Below are positions 1 to 7,916 of a stretch of 32,000 nt of DNA, piece after piece. The stretch lies in assembly GCA_964475755.1 (NCBI GenBank), contig CAYYXR010000033.1:1-32000 (forward strand), given 5' to 3'. This DNA is from an uncultured Rhodobacterales bacterium (GTDB lineage: Bacteria > Pseudomonadota > Alphaproteobacteria > Rhodospirillales > Rhodospirillaceae). Positions within the stretch are counted from its first letter, which is position 1. Each line of letters opens with the position of its first letter. The translations under genes and the position numbers were made by a program. The notes beneath the pieces are model-generated. The model ran no database searches. It had not been told where the DNA came from and saw nothing but the letters and a program-made list of their open reading frames with translations.

Positions 1-245
1 AAACACCTGCACCTGGGCCGCTTACCGAGAGTGCCGCGGCGGAGCCGCACTTAGATGCCATCGGCCATACTCTTGATATGGTGGTATGGCTGGCGCAGCA
101 TCTCGGTAAACGCGGCAAGTATTTGAGGGCCGGCGAACTGGTCATGACCGGCAGCCTTATCCCGCCGGTCTTCCCCAAAGCCGGCGAGACTTACGTTTTT
201 GAAGTGGAAGGGTTGATGCCGGTTGAACTGGTTGTGAAAGCGTAA
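1..245 (+). CDS. 3' end of a hydratase gene (2-keto-4-pentenoate hydratase / fumarylacetoacetate-hydrolase-fold family); 5' end lies outside the window
   Basis: Frame 3 is open from the window edge to TAA at 243-245. It translates to ...VVWLAQHLGKRGKYLRAGELVMTGSLIPPVFPKAGETYVFEVEGLMPVELVVKA*, which resembles the C-termini of MhpD/HpcG-type hydratases. Called by eye only. Confidence 0.45.
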   Translation, partial: TPAPGPLTESAAAEPHLDAIGHTLDMVVWLAQHLGKRGKYLRAGELVMTGSLIPPVFPKAGETYVFEVEGLMPVELVVKA

Positions 246-284
246 CGCGGCATCAAAGTGCTCAGGTAAAAAGGAACGGGATTG

Positions 285-1076
285 ATGACTCAGGGATTTG
301 ATATGGGCATCGCCGGACGTACGGCGATCGTCAGCGGCTCCAGCGAGGGATTGGGCAAAGCCTGCGCCTTGGCGCTTTCAAAATGCGGTGTGACCGTTGC
401 CATCAACGGCCGCGACGAGACCAAGCTTAAGAATACCGCCGCGGAAATCGAAAAGGCCACCGGCGGAAAAGTCATACTCGCGCCTGGCGATGTCACGACC
501 GAGGACGGCCGGGCGGCGGTGCTTGCGGCGTGTCCCGACCCCGACATTCTTGTCAACAATGCAGGTGGGCCGCCGCCGGGCGATTTTCGCACCTGGGACG
601 AGGAAACCTGGATGAAAGCCCTGCAGGGCAACATGCTCTATGCGGTGTTCATGACCAACGGCGTTCTGGACAAAATGATGGAGCGCCGCTGGGGCCGCAT
701 CATCAACATCACCTCACAGGCGGTGAAAATGCCGATGCCGCTTATCGGTTTATCTACCAGCGCCCGCGCCGGGCTCACGGGATACATGGGCACCATTGCG
801 CGCGAGTTGGCGCAGTACGGCATAACCGTGAACAACCTATTGCCCGGATTCTTTCACACCAAGCGTCTTCAGCAGTATCTGGAAAGCGTTGCGTCATCGC
901 GCAACGTCAGCGCGGCCGAGGTCGAAGCCGAGCGGGCCGCGGCCAATCCTTCGCGCCGCTCCGGGAACCCCGACGAGTTCGGCGCGTGGTGCGCCTTCCT
1001 GGCCAGCGATCACTCGGGCTTCATCGTCGGGCAGAACATTCTGTTGGACGGCGGTGCGTATCCGGGCGTGATGTAG
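285..1076 (+). CDS. Short-chain dehydrogenase/reductase (SDR) family oxidoreductase
   Basis: N-terminal Rossmann motif AIVSGSSEGLGKA, NNAG motif, and a C-terminal IVGQNILLDGG tail typical of classical SDRs. ATG at 285 is preceded by AAGGAA about 8 nt upstream; the TTG at 282 in the ORF track is less likely. Confidence 0.85.
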   Translation: MTQGFDMGIAGRTAIVSGSSEGLGKACALALSKCGVTVAINGRDETKLKNTAAEIEKATGGKVILAPGDVTTEDGRAAVLAACPDPDILVNNAGGPPPGDFRTWDEETWMKALQGNMLYAVFMTNGVLDKMMERRWGRIINITSQAVKMPMPLIGLSTSARAGLTGYMGTIARELAQYGITVNNLLPGFFHTKRLQQYLESVASSRNVSAAEVEAERAAANPSRRSGNPDEFGAWCAFLASDHSGFIVGQNILLDGGAYPGVM

Positions 1077-1090
1077 TCGGGCAGCGCCGC

Positions 1091-2623
1091 TTAGGACGCA
1101 ATGACCTTCAGAGATTGTCCGGGCTGAATGGTTTCGCCGCTGTCGAAATCGTTCAGCAGCCGGAACCAGTCGCTGTTGAAATTGCCAAAAGGCAATGTCC
1201 TCGATAACGAGTCAACGGAATCCTCTGCGTGTGCGTCCACCACAATGAGCCGCAGCGGATGGATGGATCTGGCTTCATCCTCGCCCAATCTGCGGAAACT
1301 ATAGGTGGTCATCTTCAGTCCGTTGGTGAGCGCAGATGACAGGCGGGCGGGGGTAAAAAACAATAGTCGGAACACCGCATTGCCGTCGCCCCGATACACG
1401 ACCGCGCGCAGATCAACAGGCCCGTCGCTGGTGTTTGCTCGCACCGCGCCGGTCACCGCGCTGATGCCGTTTACGGTGATGTTTTCGATCTGGCGTAGTT
1501 CGACCTGTGCGAGCCATTCATTCTGCATGTAAGCGCCGAGGCTGCTGCTGCGCTCCACTTGCCCCATGTCGAAGACGATGCCTGCGCCGTCCGGATTCGA
1601 GGCGATCACCTTGTCGGTGGAATTGCGCAGCAGATAACCGCTCGGCACCTCGAATTCGATCCGCACGTCCGGGTGAATAAATTTCTGCCCGCGCACGAAT
1701 CCCTGCGCCGGATCGTCGCCGAACAGCATGCCGTTCACGTCTTGCAGATAACTTCTGCGCCCCACCAAGGGATTGGCGACGGTGGCGGTTTGCGCGGCTT
1801 CCTCGGCTTGGCGTACGCGCTCGATGGTGCGCGGGTGCGAGGCCATGATGTTGAATTCGTCTACTTTTCCGGGCGGCAAGCCGCTCATGCGCGCTTCCAG
1901 TTGCGCGTGCTCGCGCATGCTCGCGAGAAAACTCGCCATGGCGTTCGGATCGTAACCGGCGCGTGTGAGGTAGCGCACGCCGAGCGTGTCGGCCTCGAAT
2001 TCTTGCTGGCGCGAATAACGCTGAATGAACGTGGCCGCCAAACTTTGCCCCAACTGCATGACTTCCGCAGAGCCTGTGGCAATCCCCAACGCGGCCAACC
2101 CCAAGGTTGCCAATATGGACCGCCCTTGAGCCTGCACACCGTGCCGTCCGGTGACGTGCCCGATTTCATGGGCGAGCACACCGGCGAGTTCCGCTTCGCT
2201 GTCGGCCAGCGCAATCAAGCCGCGTGTAATGCCGATCTTGCCGCCGGGCAGGGCGGCGGCGTTCACGATGGGCGAATTGAGCACCGTGAATTCATAGGGC
2301 AGTTGCTGAAGTTCGGATTGCGACGCCAGCCGTTGTCCCACCCGCGTCACCAGGCTTTGAATGCGCGGGTGATCATAAGCCCCGCCGAACGCTTTGATCA
2401 TTTCCGGGTAGGCTTGCTCGCCCTGGCGCACATCGTCTTCCAGGGACGAAAAGCCCATGAAGGTATCCAAGCCGGTGGCCGGGTTTGTCGAGCATGACGC
2501 GAGCCAAGTTGATGCGGCAAGGGCGCCCACGCCGGACAAAAGAACGCCGCGTCGTGTCGGATTGAAATGTGATCTGTGGTGCGGTCTGTAATGCGAACAG
2601 CCGCATTGAAAGCCGTGGGTCAT
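1091..2623 (-). CDS. M48-family zinc metalloprotease, probable lipoprotein, with a LysM-like C-terminal segment
   Basis: HEIGHVTGRH (HExxH) motif. N-terminus has RRGVLLSGVGALAASTWLASCS (twin-Arg-like plus lipobox LASC). The C-terminus ...GETIQPGQSLKVIAS is LysM-like. Start is ambiguous: ATG at 2623 or TTG at 2668. Confidence 0.8.
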   Translation of the reverse strand: MTHGFQCGCSHYRPHHRSHFNPTRRGVLLSGVGALAASTWLASCSTNPATGLDTFMGFSSLEDDVRQGEQAYPEMIKAFGGAYDHPRIQSLVTRVGQRLASQSELQQLPYEFTVLNSPIVNAAALPGGKIGITRGLIALADSEAELAGVLAHEIGHVTGRHGVQAQGRSILATLGLAALGIATGSAEVMQLGQSLAATFIQRYSRQQEFEADTLGVRYLTRAGYDPNAMASFLASMREHAQLEARMSGLPPGKVDEFNIMASHPRTIERVRQAEEAAQTATVANPLVGRRSYLQDVNGMLFGDDPAQGFVRGQKFIHPDVRIEFEVPSGYLLRNSTDKVIASNPDGAGIVFDMGQVERSSSLGAYMQNEWLAQVELRQIENITVNGISAVTGAVRANTSDGPVDLRAVVYRGDGNAVFRLLFFTPARLSSALTNGLKMTTYSFRRLGEDEARSIHPLRLIVVDAHAEDSVDSLSRTLPFGNFNSDWFRLLNDFDSGETIQPGQSLKVIAS

Positions 2624-2704
2624 GGGATCACCGGAAGCATATGAATTCGCGCAGTGCGAACGATGCAAAGACGATATGGCATTCCTATGGCAGAGGAAAA
2701 GCCC

Positions 2705-3187
2705 CTATGCTTTGTAGATGACCTCTTCCCATTCCTGAATTTTGCCGTCCTTGAACACATAAACGCCCACGATCGGTCCCGGTTCCTCGCGCTTGTCGGG
2801 CCGGATCGTCGTGTCGGTGCGCGAATGCACGACCACCGGGCCTTTCGCAAAAGTGTCGTGCACAATCATCTCATAGCGCGTACCGCCCTTGAAAAAGGTC
2901 TCGAACAGCGCCGCCACGTCCTTTGCGCCGGTGGTGGCCGGTTGGCCGTTGATCTTGAAGCTGCAATCCTCGGTCATGTAGCCCATGATCTGCTCAACGG
3001 TAGAGGTCTTGTCGCCCCACAGCGCGCAGAAGGTTTCCACAAGCTCCACCTGCGTCTTCTCCTCGGCGGTCCACTTGCCCATGTCCGAGGTGGCGCGTGC
3101 AGAACTTGCAGCGATGGTAAGACCTGCGAGACCGCTGAGGCCGCCGGCAACGGTTTGGCGCCGGCTGAGCCCGGAAGGTTCAATCAT
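2705..3187 (-). CDS. Exported NTF2-fold protein (SnoaL / limonene-1,2-epoxide-hydrolase-like) with a Tat signal
   Basis: ATG at 3187 is preceded by AAGGAG. Tat-type signal SRRQTVAGGLSGLAGLTIAASSARA. The C-terminal GVYVFKDGKIQEWEEV pattern is typical of LEH/SnoaL-like domains. Confidence 0.65.
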   Translation of the reverse strand: MIEPSGLSRRQTVAGGLSGLAGLTIAASSARATSDMGKWTAEEKTQVELVETFCALWGDKTSTVEQIMGYMTEDCSFKINGQPATTGAKDVAALFETFFKGGTRYEMIVHDTFAKGPVVVHSRTDTTIRPDKREEPGPIVGVYVFKDGKIQEWEEVIYKA

Positions 3188-3215
3188 GATCTTCTCCTTC
3201 ACAAATGCGTTTGCA

Positions 3216-3740
3216 TTAATTATTGCGACTAACCGAAACCCCGAGCGCTTTGATCCTATCGGCGATAGGGATGAACATGTTCACGCCCCTGGGTACGCCG
3301 AAGTCCATCCGTCCACTCACGGTAATTCCAATAACGTTCCCATTTTCATCGAACATGGGGCCGCCGCTGTTTCCGGGCTGGACATTGACGTCACTCTGGA
3401 TGTAGCCGCCGTCGTTTTCGCTGCGGAAGGCACTGACTATTCCTGAAGACACCGTGCTCTGAAGATCCGGATCAAGCGGCGTGCCGATCACGAAAACCTG
3501 CGATGACAGTGCAGGGTCTTCCAAACGCAGCGGTAAGCCGGTCAAGCCCACGGACTCGGTCTTTATCAGGGCAATGTCCCGTGTCGCGTTGGTCACCAAG
3601 ACCTCTCCGAGGACTTCCCGGCCCGTGACGGTGCGGACTTTCACGAATTTGGCACCGCTGACGACGTGCTGATTTGTCAGCAAATAGCCGTCGTCGACAA
3701 AAAAGCCCGATCCATGCCCGTCACCCGCGAAGACGGTCAC
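3216..3740 (-). CDS. Trypsin-like (S1C/DegP-type) serine protease domain with no PDZ domain; probably the C-terminal part of a split gene
   Basis: Catalytic triad contexts TNQHVV (His), TRDIALIK (Asp) and GNSGGPMF (Ser). The only start is a GTG at 3740, which overlaps the TGA of the upstream ORF (GTGA). The frame stays open for 14 more codons upstream, and these look like protease-domain sequence. Confidence 0.8.
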   Translation of the reverse strand: MTVFAGDGHGSGFFVDDGYLLTNQHVVSGAKFVKVRTVTGREVLGEVLVTNATRDIALIKTESVGLTGLPLRLEDPALSSQVFVIGTPLDPDLQSTVSSGIVSAFRSENDGGYIQSDVNVQPGNSGGPMFDENGNVIGITVSGRMDFGVPRGVNMFIPIADRIKALGVSVSRNN

Positions 3741-4522
3741 GACATGCGCGCGGATATCGTTGATACCGTCCTGAACCGCGTTTCAGATTGGGGGATGTAG
3801 CCAATGGAATAAAGCGATGGAGGTGCGCCGTCCGGTGAAGATGGGCCGCTTGCGGTGGCCGGAGCGCCTGTAATCAGGTTGTGAAAGGCTTCGTCCGCCA
3901 ATAGACCTTTGGTCGCACTGGCGAAGGAGTCCAAGACCGACCGGTCCATGGCAGCCTCATCGTCGTCGAACTTTGCGACGCGCGCATAGCCTTGTGTGGT
4001 GGTTTCAAAAACCACTTCCCGGCTGAGGCGGCTAAAGACCTGCCAAACGACCGTTATCGTACTGTTGCTCGAATAGGTCCCTCGAATGAAACTCGCGTCC
4101 GCGCAAACACGTAGGTTCAGATCATTGATAAGTCCGGCGATGACATAATCGGCGCTGGACTTGTCGGGCTCGTCAAAAAGCGAGTTCGGATTGCCTTCAA
4201 CATTGTAGGCCGCGTTTCGGAACTCTTCGAAGAACACTGCGTTGAATTCCCTGTCGCGGTCTCCGCCGCCACCATAGGTAATATCGCTTCCGACACTAAT
4301 ACTGCCCCCACCCATGCACTGTTGGCGCGTGCCCACAACTTTGCTTCGGGGAATGCCGAATTCGATTTTGCGGAACTCAATCGGCTGAGCTTGCTCGCCG
4401 TCCTGCAATGCTATGGGAATGTGTTCGGGAAAGGGCGGTTCATTGGCGGCAAACGCTTCTGTCGCCAGCCCAAGAAACGCGATGGTGGCCATTCCGCAGT
4501 TCGCGGAGATCCTAGCTTTCAT
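3737..4522 (-). CDS. Secreted protein of unknown function, probably the N-terminal part of the downstream protease
   Basis: ATG at 4522 with GAGGGAG 7 nt upstream. Signal peptide MATIAFLGLATEAFA/ANE. No recognisable domain. Ends in a Pro/Ser/Gly-rich linker-like region (APATASGPSSPDGAPPS) just before the protease domain. Confidence 0.6.
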   Translation of the reverse strand: MKARISANCGMATIAFLGLATEAFAANEPPFPEHIPIALQDGEQAQPIEFRKIEFGIPRSKVVGTRQQCMGGGSISVGSDITYGGGGDRDREFNAVFFEEFRNAAYNVEGNPNSLFDEPDKSSADYVIAGLINDLNLRVCADASFIRGTYSSNSTITVVWQVFSRLSREVVFETTTQGYARVAKFDDDEAAMDRSVLDSFASATKGLLADEAFHNLITGAPATASGPSSPDGAPPSLYSIGYIPQSETRFRTVSTISARMS

Positions 4523-4694
4523 TGCGCAACTCCCTCAGTGGAACGCCATTCAAAAAATACGCGGGAAATCGTGTGATTGCAACGAACGCGCGAGTGCCGA
4601 TTTGAGATTAAATTTCTGCGTACTAGGTAACTTCTTGATGCCCTTTGGGCGAATTGCAGAAGATTGTTTGGCCAACCTATCGAAGGAGGATCAC

Positions 4695-4982
4695 ATGAGG
4701 AGCGGTATCGTGGGTGTGGATGTCGACAAAGCCCTAGACCACCCGTCCGAGATATTCACCTCGCCGGAGGAGGTTTTGGAGTGCACGGAAATTTCGGCGG
4801 ACAACAAAGCCGCCATCCTCTCCCGCTGGGCTTACGATGTGCGCGAAGTTGCGGTCGCGGAGGAGGAGGGCATGCCCGGCCCGGACACGGCGCTGATGCG
4901 GCGGATCAATCTCGCGCTCGATCAGTTGCCGAAACCCGGCGCGAACAACGGCGGTACGCCCGGCAAACAGGGCAATATCTGA
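4695..4982 (+). CDS. Small acidic hypothetical protein (95 aa)
   Basis: ATG at 4695 is preceded by a strong RBS, GAAGGAGGA. The longer 4413 start in the ORF track has no RBS and overlaps the divergent promoter region. No family recognised. Confidence 0.55.
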   Translation: MRSGIVGVDVDKALDHPSEIFTSPEEVLECTEISADNKAAILSRWAYDVREVAVAEEEGMPGPDTALMRRINLALDQLPKPGANNGGTPGKQGNI

Positions 4983-5074
4983 AAGCGCCGCAGATCGGCC
5001 CGCGCGCTTGATACGCTACGGACACCGTGACATCATCTTCGCCGTCTTCAGCTTGAGCAGAGAGTTTTCGTTTC

Positions 5075-6100
5075 ATGTCAGGTCGGTTTCCGTGGTCCAG
5101 ATATTCCGACGATCGCCTTCTGGATATGCGTATCAAAGACCTCAAGGTGACCGTCGAAGGCACTTGGCTTGAGGACTGCCTGAACGAACTCTACGACGAG
5201 TTGGAGCACCGTGGTCTGCGCATCCGCCCGCACGCCTGGATTTCGGAGGAGTGGTTCGCCCCGGACAATACCCCGGGCATCGCCATTCCGTTTTATCTCG
5301 CCCATCCGCGTCTCGCGCGTCTTGAAAAGAAAATGATGCTCGAAGTTGAAGGCGGCACGGAGCGCGCCTGCATGCGCATCCTGCGCCACGAAGCCGGGCA
5401 CGTGATCCAGCACGCCTATCAAGTGCAGCGCAAACGCCGCTGGCAGAAACTGTTCGGACCGTCCTCGAAGAGATACCCCAGCTATTATCGTCCCAATCCG
5501 GCCAGCAAGAATTTCGTTCAGCATCTGCCGTTGTGGTACGGGCAAAGCCATCCCGACGAAGACTTTGCCGAAACCTTTGCCGTGTGGCTGAGCCCGCGCT
5601 CGGCATGGCGTAAACGCTATTCAGGATGGGGCGCACTTAAAAAACTTAACTATGTCGACGAATTGATGGCGGAAATCGCCGACCAGAAACCGTTGCTCAT
5701 TCAAAAAGTTAAAGTCGATCCGTTGAGTTCGCTCAAGCACACGCTTCGCGAGTATTACGAGAAGCGTCGCGCACTTTATAAAGTCGATTACCCCAAAACC
5801 TATGACAGAGACCTTCTCAGAATTTTTTCTGCCGACCCAAAACACGCGCGGTTTTTGCCGGCCTCGCAATTTTTGCGGCAAAATCGTGCTAGAATACGTA
5901 AGATAGTCGCGAGGTGGACGGGGGAGCACCAATTGACCTTGGATTCTGTCATCGACAACATGATCGGCCGCTGCCGCGAGTTGAAGCTGCGTGCGGTCGG
6001 ACCCAAGAAACAGTTGATCTTCGACTTCACCGTGCTTCTGACGGCCAGGGCGGTGCACGCACTCTATAGTCCGTCGCGGCGCGAGTGGTTCGCGCTATGA
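5075..6100 (+). CDS. Putative zinc-binding metallopeptidase (HExxH family of unknown specificity)
   Basis: RHEAGHVIQHAY (HExxH) plus a downstream HPDEDFAETFAVW segment. The stop TGA at 6098-6100 overlaps the ATG of the next gene. Confidence 0.7.
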   Translation: MSGRFPWSRYSDDRLLDMRIKDLKVTVEGTWLEDCLNELYDELEHRGLRIRPHAWISEEWFAPDNTPGIAIPFYLAHPRLARLEKKMMLEVEGGTERACMRILRHEAGHVIQHAYQVQRKRRWQKLFGPSSKRYPSYYRPNPASKNFVQHLPLWYGQSHPDEDFAETFAVWLSPRSAWRKRYSGWGALKKLNYVDELMAEIADQKPLLIQKVKVDPLSSLKHTLREYYEKRRALYKVDYPKTYDRDLLRIFSADPKHARFLPASQFLRQNRARIRKIVARWTGEHQLTLDSVIDNMIGRCRELKLRAVGPKKQLIFDFTVLLTARAVHALYSPSRREWFAL

Positions 6101-7110
6101 GGAAACTCCGCGTCCTGGTGCTGTTGCACCCGGACCTCATGCCCCCGGACACGCTCAAGGGGGCATCCAAAAAAGACATTCAAGAGTGGAAGACGGAATA
6201 CGACGTCATCAGCACGCTGCGTAAGCTGGGGCATGAAGTCATTCCCCTCGGTGTGCAGGATGAGCTGAAACCCATCCGCGACACGTTTGAGGAATGGAAA
6301 CCGAATATCGTGTTCAATCTTCTCGAACAGTTTCACGGCGAGGCGGCGTACGATCAGAACGTCGCCAGCTACCTCGAACTGCTGCGCGTGCCCTATACAG
6401 GCTGCAATCCGCGCGGACTGATGCTCTCGCGCGGCAAGGACTTATCAAAAAAGCTCGTGACCTATCACCGCATTCCGGTTCCGAAATTCACGGTGTATCC
6501 GCTGCGGCGCAAAGTGCGCGGCACGTCCAAAATGGGCTTTCCGCTGATCGTCAAAAGTCTCAGCGAAGACGCGTCCCTCGGGATCGCGCAGGCATCGGTC
6601 GTGGACAGCGAAGAAAAGCTGGTCGAGCGGGTCGAGTTCATTCACGAGCGCATCGGTACGGCTGCGATCGCCGAGCAGTTTATCGACGGGCGCGAGCTTT
6701 ATGTCGGCGTGATCGGTAACGATCGGTTGCAGGCGTTGCCCGTCTGGGAGCTCGAGTTTGGCGATCTGGAAAAAGGGGGTAGCCGGGTGGCCACGGAAAA
6801 GGTCAAGCACGACCCCGAGTACCAATTGCGCCATGAAATTCTTCAGGGCCCAGCGGAAAACTTAACGCCGGAACAAGAAGCGATGATCCAAAAGTACGCC
6901 AAGCGTATCTACAAGACGCTGGAGCTCGACGGGTATGCCCGCATCGATTTTCGTTTGGGCATGGACGGCAAGCCGTATTTTCTGGAAGCCAATCCCAATC
7001 CCGAAATTGCGAAAATTGAAGAGTTCGCATCGGCGGCTGAATTCGCGGGCATCGAATACCCCGAACTCATCACGCGCATTCTCAATCTGGGCCTGAAACG
7101 GACCCACTGA
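6097..7110 (+). CDS. ATP-grasp enzyme of the D-alanine--D-alanine ligase family (non-housekeeping paralog)
   Basis: Pre-ATP-grasp N-domain (RVLVLLH..., NIVFNLLE), FPLIVKSLSEDASLGI, GRELYVGVIGN, and YARIDFRLGMDGKPYFLEANPNPEI. ATG at 6097 forms an ATGA overlap with the upstream stop. Confidence 0.85.
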   Translation: MRKLRVLVLLHPDLMPPDTLKGASKKDIQEWKTEYDVISTLRKLGHEVIPLGVQDELKPIRDTFEEWKPNIVFNLLEQFHGEAAYDQNVASYLELLRVPYTGCNPRGLMLSRGKDLSKKLVTYHRIPVPKFTVYPLRRKVRGTSKMGFPLIVKSLSEDASLGIAQASVVDSEEKLVERVEFIHERIGTAAIAEQFIDGRELYVGVIGNDRLQALPVWELEFGDLEKGGSRVATEKVKHDPEYQLRHEILQGPAENLTPEQEAMIQKYAKRIYKTLELDGYARIDFRLGMDGKPYFLEANPNPEIAKIEEFASAAEFAGIEYPELITRILNLGLKRTH

Positions 7111-7215
7111 CGCCCTCTGTATGCTTGACGCCGGTCAATGTGCGTCTCTGTGCGCGGCGTAGGCTGCTGGCGGCCCTGAGGATTGGGCTAAGCCGCGTGA
7201 GGAGCGCCGAACACC

Positions 7216-7680
7216 ATGATTCCCATAAACGAACATCACAAAATCTGGCTGGCTGTTTTGGACGGTGCCCAGGCGCAATTCTACGACGTGTCCCTCGCGC
7301 CGCTGAAAATCAAACCTCACCCCGACGGCCATTTCGACGGTAACAAACAAAAATCACATGAAATGGGCAGCGATAGCCCCAGCCGCAGCTTCGAAAGCGC
7401 CAGCACCGCCCGTCATGCCGCCGCGCCGCATGTCGATCCGCACGAACATGCCGAGGAACTATTCGTGACCGGTATTGCGCATCGGCTTTCCCAGGCCGGA
7501 TCGGAAAAGCGCTACGACAGGCTCATCATTGTCGCGCCGCCGCGGGCCATGGCCGTTTTCCGGAAGAAGATCGGAAAAGACGCCAAAGCGCTCATCGAGC
7601 GTGAAATCACTCAGGACTGGGTCAAGATTCCGCCGATAGATATCGAAAAGCATCTGGCGAAACAGCTGTCGCCCTCATAG
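7216..7680 (+). CDS. Host-attachment-protein family protein (eRF1-like fold family, as far as I recall)
   Basis: N-terminal WLAVLDGAQAQFYD, central HAAAPHVDPHEH region and LIIVAPPRAMAVFRK match the pattern of 'protein required for attachment to host cells' family members. GAGGAG lies 11 nt upstream of the ATG. Confidence 0.6.
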   Translation: MIPINEHHKIWLAVLDGAQAQFYDVSLAPLKIKPHPDGHFDGNKQKSHEMGSDSPSRSFESASTARHAAAPHVDPHEHAEELFVTGIAHRLSQAGSEKRYDRLIIVAPPRAMAVFRKKIGKDAKALIEREITQDWVKIPPIDIEKHLAKQLSPS

Positions 7681-7704
7681 CAAGACGGGGACACTGCACG
7701 CGAA

Positions 7705-7735
7705 GGCGGCCCCTTCAAGGGGTTGAGGGGCCGCC
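7705..7735. terminator. GC-rich hairpin between convergent genes (terminator-like, no clear U-tract)
   Basis: GGCGGCCCC (7705-7713) pairs with GGGGCCGCC (7727-7735) across a 13-nt loop, 25 nt after the stop of the host-attachment-family gene. Confidence 0.3.
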
Positions 7736-7916
7736 CGGTGCTTCCCAGGAGTCACCATCCGTGCGGAACCCTCCAGGGGACGGAAGGATTGCGGACCGCA
7801 CGGCTCACACTTCATATGGGGTTGCTTCTACCGATAATCAATATGTGCGTGGCGCACGCCGGAGGTGGGGTTCGGGGGAGGTGAGGGACCGCCGCCGGCG
7901 TGCACCACTACCTGTT

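Noticed and set aside
1559-2497. 312-aa plus-strand ORF
   Set aside because: It lies entirely antisense to the well-supported M48 protease gene. It is Arg/Gly/His-rich and low-complexity, as expected of spurious reverse-frame ORFs in GC-rich DNA, and has no recognisable motif.
6097-7110. Housekeeping D-Ala-D-Ala ligase (ddl)
   Set aside because: There is no murC/ftsQ/ftsA neighbourhood, and the gene is translationally coupled to an HExxH peptidase-like gene instead. I therefore treat it as a Ddl-family paralog of unknown substrate and give it no ddl symbol.
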